From Lama guanicoe (lineage: Eukaryota), in contig MU056270.1 in the NCBI GenBank assembly GCA_013239625.1, positions 496,001 to 560,000 of the forward strand: 64,000 nucleotides of DNA, written 5' to 3'. Numbering within the stretch: the first letter of the stretch is position 1; every line of letters begins with the position of its first letter. Positions 50,941-63,814 of the stretch are shown in pieces. The translations under genes were made by a program, and so were the position numbers. Under the pieces are notes generated by a model. The model did not search any database. It was not told the DNA's origin and saw only the letters and a list, made by a program, of their open reading frames with translations.

Positions 50941-51734
50941 CACCACATGAAACAAGCGTGTGGGAGCAGCACAGAGCAGGACTCAGACAGCCGTCGGTGC
51001 CCCTGGGCCCCAAATCCCCCAAATGCGCCTGTAAACTTTTTAAGCGCCGACACTTCTTCAGTGAGAACAGCTGATTGTCTCTGAAACCTCTGACACATGG
51101 TTTCTAGAAGGGGGTCATTTTTCTGATGAAGGAACAGGTCTCAGACCAGCAGGTAACCCTGGAGACAGCAGGCTTCAGCCCTCCGAGCTGACGGGCAGAG
51201 AAACGACGCAGTGGGAGGGCACTCCGGCCCCCACCCAGGGGCCGCCGCTCACGGAGCGGGTGACGGCGCAGGGCCCTGGGCGGACCAGGAGTGGACCGGG
51301 GCCCTGAAGCCCGCTCCTTCCTCTTCCGCTGGGACGTGTGGCTTTCCGCTTCCTTCCGCCCCACTTCTGTCCACTTTACCCCGTGAAGCGATATTTTCAT
51401 TTCGTTTCGTGTCCTGTTCTGCGTTGGTGCACCCCAGAACTCCCCCATCAGCGAGCCACCGCGAGGTGGGTAGCGTTTCTCACAGGAACAACAGTAAAGT
51501 CACGGCTGTGTTTCTAGCTGAGTGCGGCCTCAAGCCAACCCCGCAGGAGCCGCGACACTCGCAAGGGCAGGACTGGACAACTACAGGCCTTTCAAGCGCT
51601 GCTCACGGCTCAGCCTCGATGACAGCATCCGCAAAGCGGGTGCAGCAGCAGCCCCCGTGACACCGGAGGACTCGCGAGGGGGTGTGAGTGGCGCTCTCTG
51701 CGCCGGCGCTCCGGACGGACGGCCCTCACCAGCT

Positions 51735-51875
51735 GCCCTACGTGAGACACTGCCTGTCTGCTCTCGTAATCCTCACGACAGTGTCAAGTGGGGGAAGTGT
51801 TACTATTCTCATCATAAAAATGAGCAAACCGAGGCCCAGAGACGCAAACAAGGTGTCCGCGGCGCGTGGCAGGAA
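51735..51875 (-). mobile_element. MIR fragment
   Basis: taatcctcacgacag...tactattctcatcataaaaatgagcaaaccgaggcccagaga. Confidence 0.7.
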
Positions 51876-52723
51876 GCGACCCAGCTGCCGTCTCGACCGA
51901 AACGGCCGACCTCAGGGTCCAGCCTCCCCGCTCCGGGTCTCCAGGAGAGCTGACGTGTGACGAGCAAGGCGGATACCACCCCCCTGAAACAGGGGGGTCA
52001 CTGTCCACGTCGTGCAGACATGACACCCGTGCTGTGAACATCGACTCACCAGAGGCCGCATTTTGCCTCATTCTACTGCGCAGGTGAACGCGGCAGAATC
52101 TGAACGTGCTGGTCACGGCGCTGGCCCCTGTCCGACAGGATATCACATGCAGTAACTCGGGGCGCATCTCACAGTGCGTGACCCGTGTTGTCCTAAAACG
52201 CAGCCCAAACAAGTTTGAGCTCAAGTCCCTTTTTTCCGAGCAAACTTCTGACTCAACCCAAATGGCCTAAGCGTGTTGTGTGGACTTGGTGCCCCCCACC
52301 CCTCGAGGTTGTTCAGGACACCCGAGCGGGTGTTTTGCTGCTGAAATCATGGTTTTGACCCATGAAAGATGTGAAGTGTCCTGACAAGGACAGAGAAAGG
52401 AGGGCGGCGGTCATGCCTCCGGCCAGCGGCGTCAGACTTCAGTGTCGGAGGCATTTCAACACCGTGTCATTAGAACTCTCAGGAAAATAGGGGTCCAGGG
52501 GAAATTCCTTAGCTTGAAATGCAAAGCCACAAACACGCCACGACCAACAACGGGCTTCCTCCGTTTTCTCCTCTAAAGCTGGAGACGCCCAGGGGGGCGT
52601 ACTGTCTCCGGGCTGTCATCAATCAGAGCTGGAGGGCTGGCCAGGGTGACAGAAGTGGAGGAAAAACCAGAGGACGCCCCCGGCTGGCTGCCTCTTCCCC
52701 GCGGGGACGTGGGGGTGGGGGTG

Positions 52724-52742
52724 NNNNNNNNNNNNNNNNNNN
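52724..52742. other. Assembly gap (19 N)
   Basis: Run of N. Confidence 1.
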
Positions 52743-54344
52743 CCTGGAAACGTGGCTCGTGTGAAGACATCTCCTGGCTTTGCCTGCCATCTGCATGCGG
52801 GGCTGCTGGCCGCGGGGTCAGTGTTGGGTCGATGGCCTGGAAGCGTTTCCCCAGCCTGGGGAGCAGAGTCCCCGAGGCAGAGCGGGGCTGCCCGTCCCAC
52901 GGGGGCAGGTGTGCTGTGCTCTGTCTCGCCACACATGACACCCAGATCGCCACTGGCAGTCCCTGCCTCGTCGCCAGGGCATCACCAAGGGTTACTCCAA
53001 ACCCCAAGAAGCCACACGACCACAGGATTAACTGACCACTGGGTGCTGGAACTTCCTCTGCAAAGACCCTTCTGGCTGCAGGAACGTGCACCGGGGAGCA
53101 GGTGCAGAAGGGCAGGGCCCTGACTCTCCAGCATCATGGACCGGTCCCTTCAACAGGGCCAGTCCGGCCCCCACTGTCCCTGCCCCTCAGGGTGAGCAGG
53201 GAGCCGGCTGAGAAGGGCCTGCAGCGTCTGTGGCCACATCTGTGACCGCGGGGCTGTGACAGCAGCGTGGTTTCCACTTGCTCCTCGGAAGCCTGTCAGC
53301 TTTGCATTCCCGCATCTAGATGATGTCACCAGGCTCATCTGATCTCAGATTTGTGTATTTCCTTGTTGTTTAGCGACTTAAAAAAATCTGTAATAATGCT
53401 TTTCTACCCTGATGTCAAGTTTGCTCTTACTAACGTCACCAGCTTCTGTCTCCTCAGAGTCTGGGGAAGCGGGGCCCCTGCCGGGAACTCCCAGGGGAGA
53501 CCTGCCCCCGGGTCCAGAACCCAGACAGACTCAGGGGCCTGGGGGCAGGACCCCTCCATTCCACCGGGTCTCTGGGACGCATCCTTCCCAGCCCCTTGAG
53601 GGTGGTTTGCAGTTCTCGGCGGCCCCCCACCCGCCCCAGGTCACACTCAGACTCCCCGCCTGACCCCTGGAAGCAACCCCGCCTTTCTCGCAAGCTCAGC
53701 GCCACCTTTGAAAGCACGTTTGCTAATGTGTTCCTGGCGCTTAGAGACATTTGCAGTTGGAGGGATCGCAGGCTGCTTCCCACCACATTTCTGGAACCAG
53801 AGAGCCTTCCTGAGAGCTGTTCTCGAAGGCCAGGAGTGACTCAGCTCTCGCCTCCAGCCTCTCTTTGCTCTAAAATGTATCCAAAGATTGACTCAACCTC
53901 CCACCAAGATGCAGCCATCAGAGCACGTCCCGGGTTGTTGGGAGGCCGCCTGGGACTCAGGAGGAACCCACAGCCCCTGCGTGTCTGCACCTTGGCTCAC
54001 GGAGCTGGACGATGTGAGACACACAGACGCCCACGCAGCCCCTTGTCCCCGGAGCAGGACGGCTGGACAGGACGGGGCGGAGCTCATGTCCAACACCGTC
54101 CTTTCCACCCCAGGTGTCCTGGCCCCCGACCGCACGATCACGGCCCCTTTGGACCAGAGACCCACCCCAGTGCCCCCATCAGGCCTTCTCTTCTCTCTCC
54201 TTCTGCAAGTTAAGTACTGGGATTAGAAACAGTGACTCATGACGGTTTCTCCCAAACCCCAGAGCAAGTCAACGGCAGGACCGGCTTTTCACTCTGTCAA
54301 CAAAGTGCTCGTCAGGGCCCGACCTCATGTGCGCGAGCACGCGG

Positions 54345-54737
54345 CATACACACACACAACTACACACATGTACACACACGCACCACACACAGGTACACAC
54401 ATACACACATGCACAGGGCACACACACAGACACACCCACTGCACACAGGGACACACACATACACACATGTACACACATGTATACACCACACACAGGTACA
54501 CACATGTGTGTGTGCACACAGCCAGCACACACCCCACACAGGGACACACATGTACACACATGTACACACCACACACAGGGACACACATGCACAGGGCACA
54601 CACAGACACACAACACACCCACTGCACACAGGGACGCACACGCACACACACGCACACACATGTATACACCGCACACAGGTACACACACATGTGTGCACAT
54701 ACAGTCACCACACACCGCACACGGGGACACATGCACA
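54345..54737. repeat. (CA)n-rich complex tandem array with ~180-bp higher-order repetition
   Basis: cacatgcacagggcacacacacagacaca...cccactgcacacagggac occurs near 54405 and again near 54583. Confidence 0.93.
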
Positions 54738-56049
54738 TCTGCCTGACCCCGTGACCCACGGCCCCCAGAGCGAGTGGGCTTCCCCCACGTGCTGTCCTCT
54801 CGACTGCTGGCTCTTCCATCACCTTTCCTCGTAAAACATGTTTATCGAGTGCCACCGTTGGAGACCCCTCGGGGGTGCGACAGCCAGGAGCGCGTCTGTG
54901 AGCACCAGCAGGCTGGGTGGCGTCCCGCGTCACCTCTCACTCTCCTCTCTCCCTGTGAGGTGGGATAACCCATTGCACAGAGAAGCTGAGTCTTACAGAG
55001 GATAACGCACCTGCTCAGCCTTCAGAGCTGCAGCCCCAGATTCGGGGTCTCACTCTTTTCTTTCCGGGGCCAGTCTTCCCCAAGCAGCAGACAGATCCAC
55101 TGGGGGAAGCTGTCACTGACCCTCCTCCCGGCCCCCGGCCCTCGCTGCGAGGCACCAAGCATCCAGCACGGTCACCTGCCTCCAGGCACCGCCCGTACCC
55201 CGTCCATCCCGGTTCCGCCAGCGCTCAGCACAGCTCCAGCTGAAGGAGGAGACACCGAATTACCCAACGAGCACTCCTTCAGGCCGGGCCTGGCCCTCCA
55301 GCCTCCTGGTCAGGCCACGCGGTGGTGACTGGCTCAAGGTTGTACACACAGCGCCTGGACGTCTTTCTCTGGCCTCTTCTGCGTCTCCCACCGGGCTTAG
55401 CCGTGTCTCGCCTCTGCTGGACCCCCCACCCACAGCCTCCCCGGGGAGCTGTCCTGCTTGCCTGCGGCACCGCGGTTTCACTCTGAATGTGAAATCTGTC
55501 GTTACACCTCCTCCGTAAAACCACGGTGGAGGTTGACTTCTCAACATCGAGATGAGTTCTGCTTAATAAAATGCACTTCTAAAACCTTTTCAAAACCTCG
55601 TAGCTGATGTTCCAAACCCCAGCCTTCCCAGAGCGCACATTTCCTTCTAACCACCCTGTCCAGGGAGTCACTGGCTAAGAGACGGTCATGGCACACACGT
55701 GTGAAGCGCCTCCCGTGCGCCGGGCACGAGCATGAACGTGTGGGCTCCAAGGCCCTCCTTCCTTCAGCCGTGAGCTCATGGGTTAAGAGCTGCCGTCATC
55801 ACCCCCGTTTCAGGAAATTAACCCCCGGAAGCACAAGGTGCCAGAGCCTCGCGTCTGCTGGTTCTGGGGTCCGCCGTCAGCCCTGTAGTTTCTCGTCTAC
55901 ACGGTAAGACGTTCACCTGAGCAGAGAACCAAAGCAACCGCAGAGGCAGAAGCCTCGCTCCCCCCGCCTCCTGCTTTCCCTCTGCCCCTCAGCCCGCCCC
56001 GACTCCAGCTCGCAGGCAGCAACTTGCGCTAGTTTCTTGAGCGTCCTTT

Positions 56050-56445
56050 TTCAGTTGTTTTTTTTAAAAATGTCTTCGCTGTGGTATGGCTGCTGGGCAG
56101 TAAGCCGCGCATGTTTCGGACATACAGTGACGCGATTCTGATGGACGTATCCCCCACGAAGCCACCACCATCAGGACAGCGAACGTTTCCATCACTCCCC
56201 AGGGGGTGCAGATTTCTAAATCCCCGGTTTATCCCTTCCCACCCCTTCACCCCCGGGAAACCAAGTTTGTTGTCTATGTTTGAGTCTGTCTCTGCTTTGT
56301 AGATAAGGTCACTTGTGTCCTTTTTTTAGATTCCACGTTACAGCGATCTCACGTGGCATTTTTCTTTCTCTTTCTGGCTTGCTTCACGTAGAATGACGAG
56401 CTCCAGGTCCATCCATGCTGCTGCAAACGGCATTATTTTACTCTA
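56050..56445 (-). mobile_element. Two abutting L1 3' fragments (older L1M-like to ~56205; younger cetartiodactyl-type ~56210-56445)
   Basis: ccaccaccatcaggacagcgaacgtttccatcactcccc, then aagtttgttgtctatgtttgagtctgtctctgctttgtagataag...tagattccac...aggtccatccatgctgctgcaaacggcattatttt. Confidence 0.8.
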
Positions 56446-57844
56446 TTGAGTTCTTAATGCCAGTGAAAGAGTGTGGAGATGAGTGGAAATCTACGTCCCT
56501 CCGCTCCTTACACACGCCTGCCTCCCCTGCACGTGGTCCCCGACGAGACCTTCCCTCCGCGGCTCGCAAGCGCCCTCTCACCCTTTCCACGTGGCGTCTG
56601 TCCCGCGCACCTGCCACAGCTTAGGCGCCCAGTCCCTCCACGGAGCTTTGGGGGGTTCCGCTCGTGCCATTTACACAGCGTCGCCGTGAATCCGCCTTGT
56701 CCCGTGTGCTGCGCTGTCCATAGAGCAGATTTCCAGAAGAGCGTTTCCACGTCGAAGGGAGAATTTTTACGATTTTCTTAGCATTGACGGGCCCCCTCCG
56801 TGCTAACTGGCCACCCGCACGCCTCCCTGCAGGTTGAGTAAACGCCGATCTCGGTGTGCTGTTCAGGGGTTGGATCCTGGCCCGTCTCACAGGCGAGCAG
56901 AGCACCTCTCGGAGCCCACGTCTTCCCCGCGGCCCAGGTGGGGCGGCTTCTCCCGCGCTTCAGCTTCTTTCCCACGAGCCGGCCAGCCTCGTCCCTGTGC
57001 CTTTTCAGCCAGTTTGTCGGCCTTTTTCTCAGTGAGATCTGGGGGGGTCCAACCAAGTCGTCACAGCGACTCCCAAGAGGAGCGAAGACAATGTCAATGC
57101 GGGTGACTGAGGTAAATGTAGCTTTATCGCAGTTCTTTCCAGTAGGAGTTTAAAACCTGCCCGATTACTTTAAACATTGGACTCTATTCATCAAATGAAA
57201 TGATTCATATTTTGTTACACAGATTCTAGTCTACTGGCTGCTTGTTAGTGTAACAGAGAAAAGCATCGCGAGACAATCACGTCAGAATGTAAGTAACTGG
57301 GACTGAGGTTCAGGCCCCAAGAATTTCACAAACAGCAGGCGGTTAACTTGTTCCAGTCTATTCGCAGACCGTCCCTTACGGGCGTGACGGAGCAGCCGCC
57401 CACCACTTCTGTCCCGACCCTCTGACACTCCGAGCTGCAGCCCTCAGGTCCCAGGCAGCGGGCTGTCTCCGACTGCAGGTGCTCAAAGCCGAGGAAACAC
57501 TGTTTAGTCCCCGCGCCCGGCGGCAAGAGTGCTCGTGGCCACCTCCCTGGGTGGTCGTTGCCCCAACTCTCCAGTGACCGGCGTCACTTGTGCTCAGAGC
57601 ATTTGGATGAGGCATCCAGGGCAAGGGCTGTGCAGTCCACCCTGCTCAGCCTCTGCCCAACCCGGGCCGGGCTCCGAACGCATCCTTCTGGCCCAGCTGG
57701 CACCACACGACCCTCCAAAGGGGCATGGGGGGAGTCCTGCCTGTCCAGCGCCACCAGCGCTGACCTTAGACACCGACAACTTGCCGCACGGCACGATGTT
57801 AACACGGATCTCCCCCGGGCACGACTCCCGGTGGACGAGCGGCT

Positions 57845-57912
57845 GGGCTGAGTGACCTCAGGTGGGCTTCGCGCCTCGGGGCCTCAGTGTCTCCATCAGG
57901 AAAATGGGTAGA
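57845..57912 (+). mobile_element. MIR core fragment
   Basis: ctgagtgacctcaggtgggct...gcctcagtgtctccatcagggaaaatggg. Confidence 0.55.
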
Positions 57913-60900
57913 AGTCTGACGCTCCTTGCCCCTCTCCGCCCTCAGATGTGCTGAGTCCGAGCCCTCCCTCCCCGGAAAAGGCGTCTGCAGCGCCGGGCCC
58001 CGGCGGTCACAGCCACAACCTTTGGGCTCCATGGCGACCTTGCCCTGAGCCCTGGGAGGAAGCGTCCTTTGTGGTTTCCTCCCGTGACTGGAGTAGGGCA
58101 GTTTGGGGGCTCCGTTGGTCTTCTGGGGGGTCTCGGGCCGGGGGGAGAAGAGGATGTGGGGGTTATTCCGGCCACCATGTGTGCCCGCCCCAACTGCTAC
58201 TCTCTTGGAACCAGGGAAGGGGCTGTGGTAGTGCCTGGGCCCGGTGAGCCCGGGGGAGGCAGGCCTGACCCGGGACTTCCCTCATCCCGGCCCCCGGGAC
58301 CCCCGTGCTGCGCCTGCGCGGGAGGGAGGCGCTGGTCCGCCGCGAGCAGCCTGTCTCCCCCTCCAGTCACCGCTCCCCTGAGAGATCCCCAGACGGTCTT
58401 CCCGACAGATCCCCGCGCAGAGAGGGCCTGAAAGCCGCCCGGGGCTGGCGTTCCCTCCGCACTCGGCCTGGTGAGAGAAGCTGCGGACGATACGAACAAG
58501 GTGCTGCCCCAGCGGATGGCCCTTTCTGAGTTACAGCATGTCTTCCAAGAGTCCTGGGCTCCCTCGGGCGGCACCGGGGAGAGCCCCACCTCCACGCCCT
58601 CCGACACGAAGCCCGCCAGGTCACAGGCCCAGAGGTGTCACCTCCTTTTGGCCGGTAGGATAGCAGCCACTCTGTGCCAACCTGCTGGGGTCACACGGTC
58701 ATGACGGTGCGAAGCTCAGCGCCGCAGACTGTGGACAAGGGGACCCCCCCGACCAGCCCCTTCAGCTGACAGAGGCAACCTCAGCCCAGAGAGGCTGGGG
58801 CTCACCCAGAGGCACCTGGGGCAGTTGAAGGCAGAGGACTCCGTTTGACACGGAGCCTAAGCTCCGGGCTGTTGCCTGGACGTCACACTGCCTGGAGGCC
58901 AGAGGTCAGTACTTACGGAACAGACGTAAAAGCTGAGAAAATTACAATCTTGTCCTCTGGCAAATGCTTGCATTTTCTTTGGGCCAGCTTTCTTTGCAAT
59001 TATCCTTAAGAAAATACGCAGAAACGAAATTTAAATGCAGCCTAGTGGTTCTTCCAAGGAATTCAAAGTCGATTACAGGAATACTATGTAAGCGAGAAGG
59101 AACATCTTACTGAATGTTTTTTGGAAAACACGAATATGCCACGAAACTGTAAAATCACACCTCATCATATGTCTTTCCTGTCTGCAAACCTCAGTGACTG
59201 AAAAAGAGACGCAGGCAGAAACCCATCTCATCCTCACGCAGGGGCTGCTGTGCCAAGAACGGGAGGAAGAGACGTGCACAGAGAAAGGCAGTCAGGACCG
59301 AGGCCAAAGCCGCTGCCTCTCCCCGTGGGCAGCCCCTCTGCCAGCCACGCGGGCCCCAGAGGGCCTGCCTAGGAGGCGCTGGAGAAACCGGACTTAAATG
59401 TGACCCTTTCAGCACCAAGACACGTGACTCACCCTCGGCCCGAGCTCGGCCTCGGTTTGGGTACCAGCTGGGGCTCCGGGGAGGCCTGTCTCCTGAGAAG
59501 GGACCCAGGGACCCCAGCAGGCAGGGTGTGTGAACCCTCCAGCAGGGCCTGGCGACCTCGCCATGGGCCAGGTCACATGAGCAGGTCACTAGTCCACAAA
59601 CGGACACGCACGACCCAGTGGAGGGCCCCGAGCCGCCCGTGCTCCCCGGCGGGGACCGCTCCCTCCCGGGGATGTTACTGTAACCTCCTCCACGTCGCAA
59701 CGCTCTCCCTGGCTGAGAGAACACGGGGACAGAGCGCAGAGTCCTGAAATCCCCTGATTCGGGCCTCATCTTCTGTCAGGCTCTCAGCGCGCACGGGAGC
59801 GCGAGTGTCCCTGAGCGTGTGTGTGTCCACGTGCCCTTGGGGCTGGCCTACCTGCAGCATTGATTTTCAGAGGACACGCCCGGGGGGTCTGTGAGGTGAC
59901 CTGCTAGAGTGTGGACGTTGTAAGGGGAACTGACGCTTTTCCAGGAGCAGCAGGCGGGTGAAGTCAAACGTGAGGGGAGGGGTCGGGGAGGAGGGAGAAA
60001 CAGGAACAGGAAGGGCAGCTTTGGCGAGCTGAGGAAAGCACGCGCACACCCGCTGCTCCGCACCCCGAACACAGCCCGGAAGGTTCTGGGCCGGGGGTGG
60101 GATCAGCTGCTTTTACTCTCGTACAATCGTTCACTGCTCATTAGGCCCCCAAACCAGCCGTCCGGTGCAGATGGAGTGCAGGAACGGTGCCGCTTCTAAA
60201 CCGACTGGACGTAAGGACGACTTTCCGACCAGCTCAGAGCCGGGTTATTTCTCGAGGGGGCGGGAAGCAGGCAGGCCCTCTGGCCTCACCCAGGCGCCTG
60301 GGGGAGACGTGCGTGGAGCCGGGCGGTGGGCGGCCCGCAGGCCGGGATCACCCTGTTTTGGGATAAACAGGCCCCTCTCGGCACAGAGATTGGGGACAGC
60401 CAGGGTCGCCCGTGGGAGCATTTGCCAAGTCGGGCGCTACAGACGCTGCTCCTGGTGCAGCCAGAACACAGCCACTTCGGGGGTCGCACAGCCACACCCT
60501 GGAAGTGGCCATGAGCAGGGCCCCTCGCGGCATCAAGGACTCCGCTGCTGTCTCGGAGCAGGAGCTGGGGGCACGGTGGACCCCCCAGGGACCCTCGCCG
60601 GCCTGGGGAAGCCTCTCTTTCCCTGCCTCACAGTTGTGACGACAGAGAAAAGTCAATCTAACAAGGAGAGAGAAAACTCTTACTTTACCAGAAGGCACAG
60701 ATTCTGGAGTAAATCTCAGTCTGAGGCCGGGCGGCAGTCCCAGCCCCTCTGACAGTCACTTCAGTCCTCCTCCGAACCGGGCTGGTGACAGCGGTCCAGC
60801 CCGCGCCAGCATGGAGGTGGGAGACGGAGACAGGATGGTAGAAAATGCTTCCAGCACCTCGGAGCCAGCAGCACACGCAGGGGCCACCCCTCAGCGCTGC

Positions 60901-60934
60901 CACCGCTCTGGTCTGGGGTTCCATCGTGGGGGTT

Positions 60935-61390
60935 CCAGCCCTTGGTGCCCCCAGATTTCCGTGCTGACTCCTAACCGCAGCATGACGGCGTCAGGACGGG
61001 GGCCTGCGGGAGGCGAGGAGGCCATGAGCTGGAACCCCCGTGATGGGACTTGTGTCCTTATCCGTGACACCCAGACACCCCAGTCCCTCCCCCCAGTGGG
61101 GACACAGCCAGAAGGCTTGGCCGGGGGGGGGGCCATCACCAGAACCACCGGATGGCGGGCTCCCAGCCCCCAGAGCCGTAAGAAATAGGTTTCTGTTGTC
61201 TGTCAGCCACTGGGTCCCGGGGCCGTCACCGCCGCCCAGGCTGACCGCCACAGAAGGCTTGGCCGGGGGGGGGCCATCACCAGAACCACCGGATGGCGGG
61301 CTCCCAGCCCCCAGAGCCGTAAGAAATAGGTTTCTGTTGTCTGTCAGCCACTGGGTCCCGGGGCCGTCACCGCCGCCCAGGCTGACCGCC
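60935..61390 (+). mobile_element. MaLR solo LTR (MLT1A-like) with its 3' part duplicated
   Basis: ggaacccccgtgatgggacttgtgtcctta...ccatcaccagaacc...ccagcccccagagccgtaagaaataggtttctgttgtctgtcagccac. Confidence 0.8.
61109..61390. repeat. Near-perfect tandem duplication (61109-61249 and 61251-61390)
   Basis: Copies appear identical except G10 vs G9 in a homopolymer run. Confidence 0.95.
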
Positions 61391-61914
61391 GTCATCACGG
61401 CCTTGTCTCCCTGGAGGGGGGAGGACGGGGTGTGGGGCTCAGCCGCTGAAGCCCAGGGCCCCGGGGCCGGGTCGGTGAGCCGTCCCACGCAGGGGGGCTT
61501 GTGTTCCTGTCCCTCTTCTCCCCGAGTCGTCAGAGAGCCACCCCCTGGAGGAGGTGAGTCCCCAGGGCGGTGGAGACGGGCCACGAGGCTCTCCTCTGTT
61601 CAGGCCAAGTGTCTGTCAGGTCGTCCTGCTCCTGGAAAGGCAGCATTTTCTGCTTTGAAAGTAACCTGGGACGTGACGCCCGGGGGTCCTTCCATCCGCA
61701 TCTTAGTCACTGCAACCCAGTCTCCGTAGTGTTCTTTTGTGGAAGAGCGGACCCCACATGTTTTAATGCATCTTTCCAGTAAAAGGGTAAATAGTTGCGG
61801 GCTCAGGCCAGTTAACCCTACTTGACGGAACAAAGTAGTTTGAAAAAGCAGAACTCAGCTCCACATTCAGCCGCTACAAAGTGGAGTGGAATTAAACCCA
61901 CTGGATCCAGACAG

Positions 61915-62160
61915 AGGCCCCTGAGCCGGTCGCGCAGGTCACGTGACGCAGAGCCGGGTGCCGCACCCTCTAAACGCAACGCCAGGCGCCGGGTCTGCAT
62001 CCCGGCGGGACTCGAGACCTCGGGCTGCGTGAGAGCACGCACTCGCAGAGGCGACGCTCTCTGAGCAGTCTGTGTGGGGCTCTCTCACGGCCGCCTGCCT
62101 CCATGGAGTGGCTGAAGGAACCTTTCAGCGTTTCTGGGAACCTGGCTCACTTCCGGGAGC
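61915..62160. promoter_or_regulatory. CpG-rich patch with palindromic extended E-box (CLEAR/USF-type)
   Basis: gtcacgtgac at 61938-61947; ETS-type acttccgg near 62149; dense CpG. Confidence 0.35.
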
Positions 62161-63515
62161 ACTGGGGCAGGAAGCTCTCCAGAGCTGCCCAGGGCCTGCC
62201 CCAGACCTGAAGGGACGCTTCTAAGCCAGAGGAAGACAACTGGCCACTGCTCACCAGACGTCTCTTTCACCAGCTTACTCAGAATTGGTGGGGCTGCTCG
62301 TCTGCGCCGGGCGGTCACGTGTGAGGATGGGGGTCCCGCCCCCCAAGCCGGGGCCCTGAGAGCCGGGGGAGGGGGAGCCTGGGGATGAAGTGGGCGTGGC
62401 TGGGGGCTGCTCACCCGGGTAACGCTGTGCGCTGGACAAATCGGGGTCCCCGCAGCCCTTCCTGCAGCCTCTCCCGGCAGGCCTGTTTTCCCTTCTCACC
62501 GCAGGTGTCCTCCGGGCGGCCGAACCTCCCTCAGTGTCTGCCACTGTCTTGGGGGCTGGCGCCTCTCCTCAAGGGGCTGTCAGCTTCCTGAGTACGGGAG
62601 CCGCGTCACCTTCACCGTGGAGCCCAAGGCCCTCGGCAGGTGCTGGGGTGGCGGTCCTTGCGGGCCCCGTTCGTCTCCCACCGCCTGGTGCCACACATCC
62701 CGGCTGCTCCCAGTGCACTGAGCACAGGGCGGGGCTGGCAGCCGCTGTACCACATGCAGCTGAGAACTGCGTCCCCATCCCCGCGGCCCAGGATGGGGAC
62801 TCGTGCTGCACGACGCCCACGTCCTCATTCACGCTCTCTGTTCTGACCCGCCCGTCCTCGTCTGCCCTAGTTAGTTCTCAAATGCTGGAAGCAGGTCACC
62901 AAATGGTCAGCCCATCAGTGCTGTCCAAGCTCTGCTCTGGGTTTCTGACGTCGCGAGAAGCTGCGGTCGCAAAGCTGGTCCACGTACAGAAAGAACTCAG
63001 GGGAAGTCATGCATTTGAATCTTCTGTCGTCGCCATAATCACCGTGTCTGTGATTAAAGTCTCCTTGTTCTGTCATCCCTGCTCATGAGTAAAATGTACA
63101 AGCTTAAATTTCTCAAAAAACAAACAAAAAGAGCAGGACCCAGCCCCAGCCCCCAAGAAACTCACTTTCCAGAGGGCACAGGGCCACCACGTCGAACACT
63201 AGCTTTTCCGAAATCGGCACATGTTACGCAACTGCCGCTCCTCTCTTCCTAGAGAAGCTGTTACTAGACGGTGGCGCGTGCCACGGCGACTGGCCTCTCA
63301 GAGAGGAGGGGACGCCCACGGTGCCGTGTGAGGGGACGAGTCGGCCACGACGCTGCTGCCAGAGCGCGCGGCCTGCAGACGCCCCGCGGGAGGAGCAGCT
63401 CCTTGCGCGTCCCCAGTGGCTGCAGGGACTCCCAGCCCGAGCGGCCCACTCACTGGACTGAAAGGAGAGCTTCAACCCAGAAGCCCTCAAGCTGTTACCA
63501 CCGAAGACCTGATGC

Positions 63516-63814
63516 CAGGGTCACCCACGAAGCCGGGCTGCAGCATCCTGGGAGGCTGGAGAGCAAGGGCTTAGGCCTTGAAGGTGGCACGTCTCCCTCG
63601 CAGCGACCAATTTCTGCTCCAGTGCCCCAAACACGTAAGGAAGAGTGTAGTTTATGGATGCCAAGCTTTGAATTCTGTACCATTTTCCTGCCGTGAAACC
63701 TGTTTTTGACTTTTCTTCGACATTTGAAATTGTGGAAACCATCCTTAGCTCGTGGGGTGTACAGAACAGGCTGGGAGCTGATCTGTCTCCGGGACCGTGG
63801 TCTCCTGACTCTGT
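63516..63814 (+). mobile_element. hAT-Charlie non-autonomous DNA transposon (MER58B-like)
   Basis: ttatggatgccaagctttgaatt...tttgactttt...aaaccatccttagctcgtggggtgtacagaacaggc...gggaccgtggtctcctgactctg. Confidence 0.75.
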
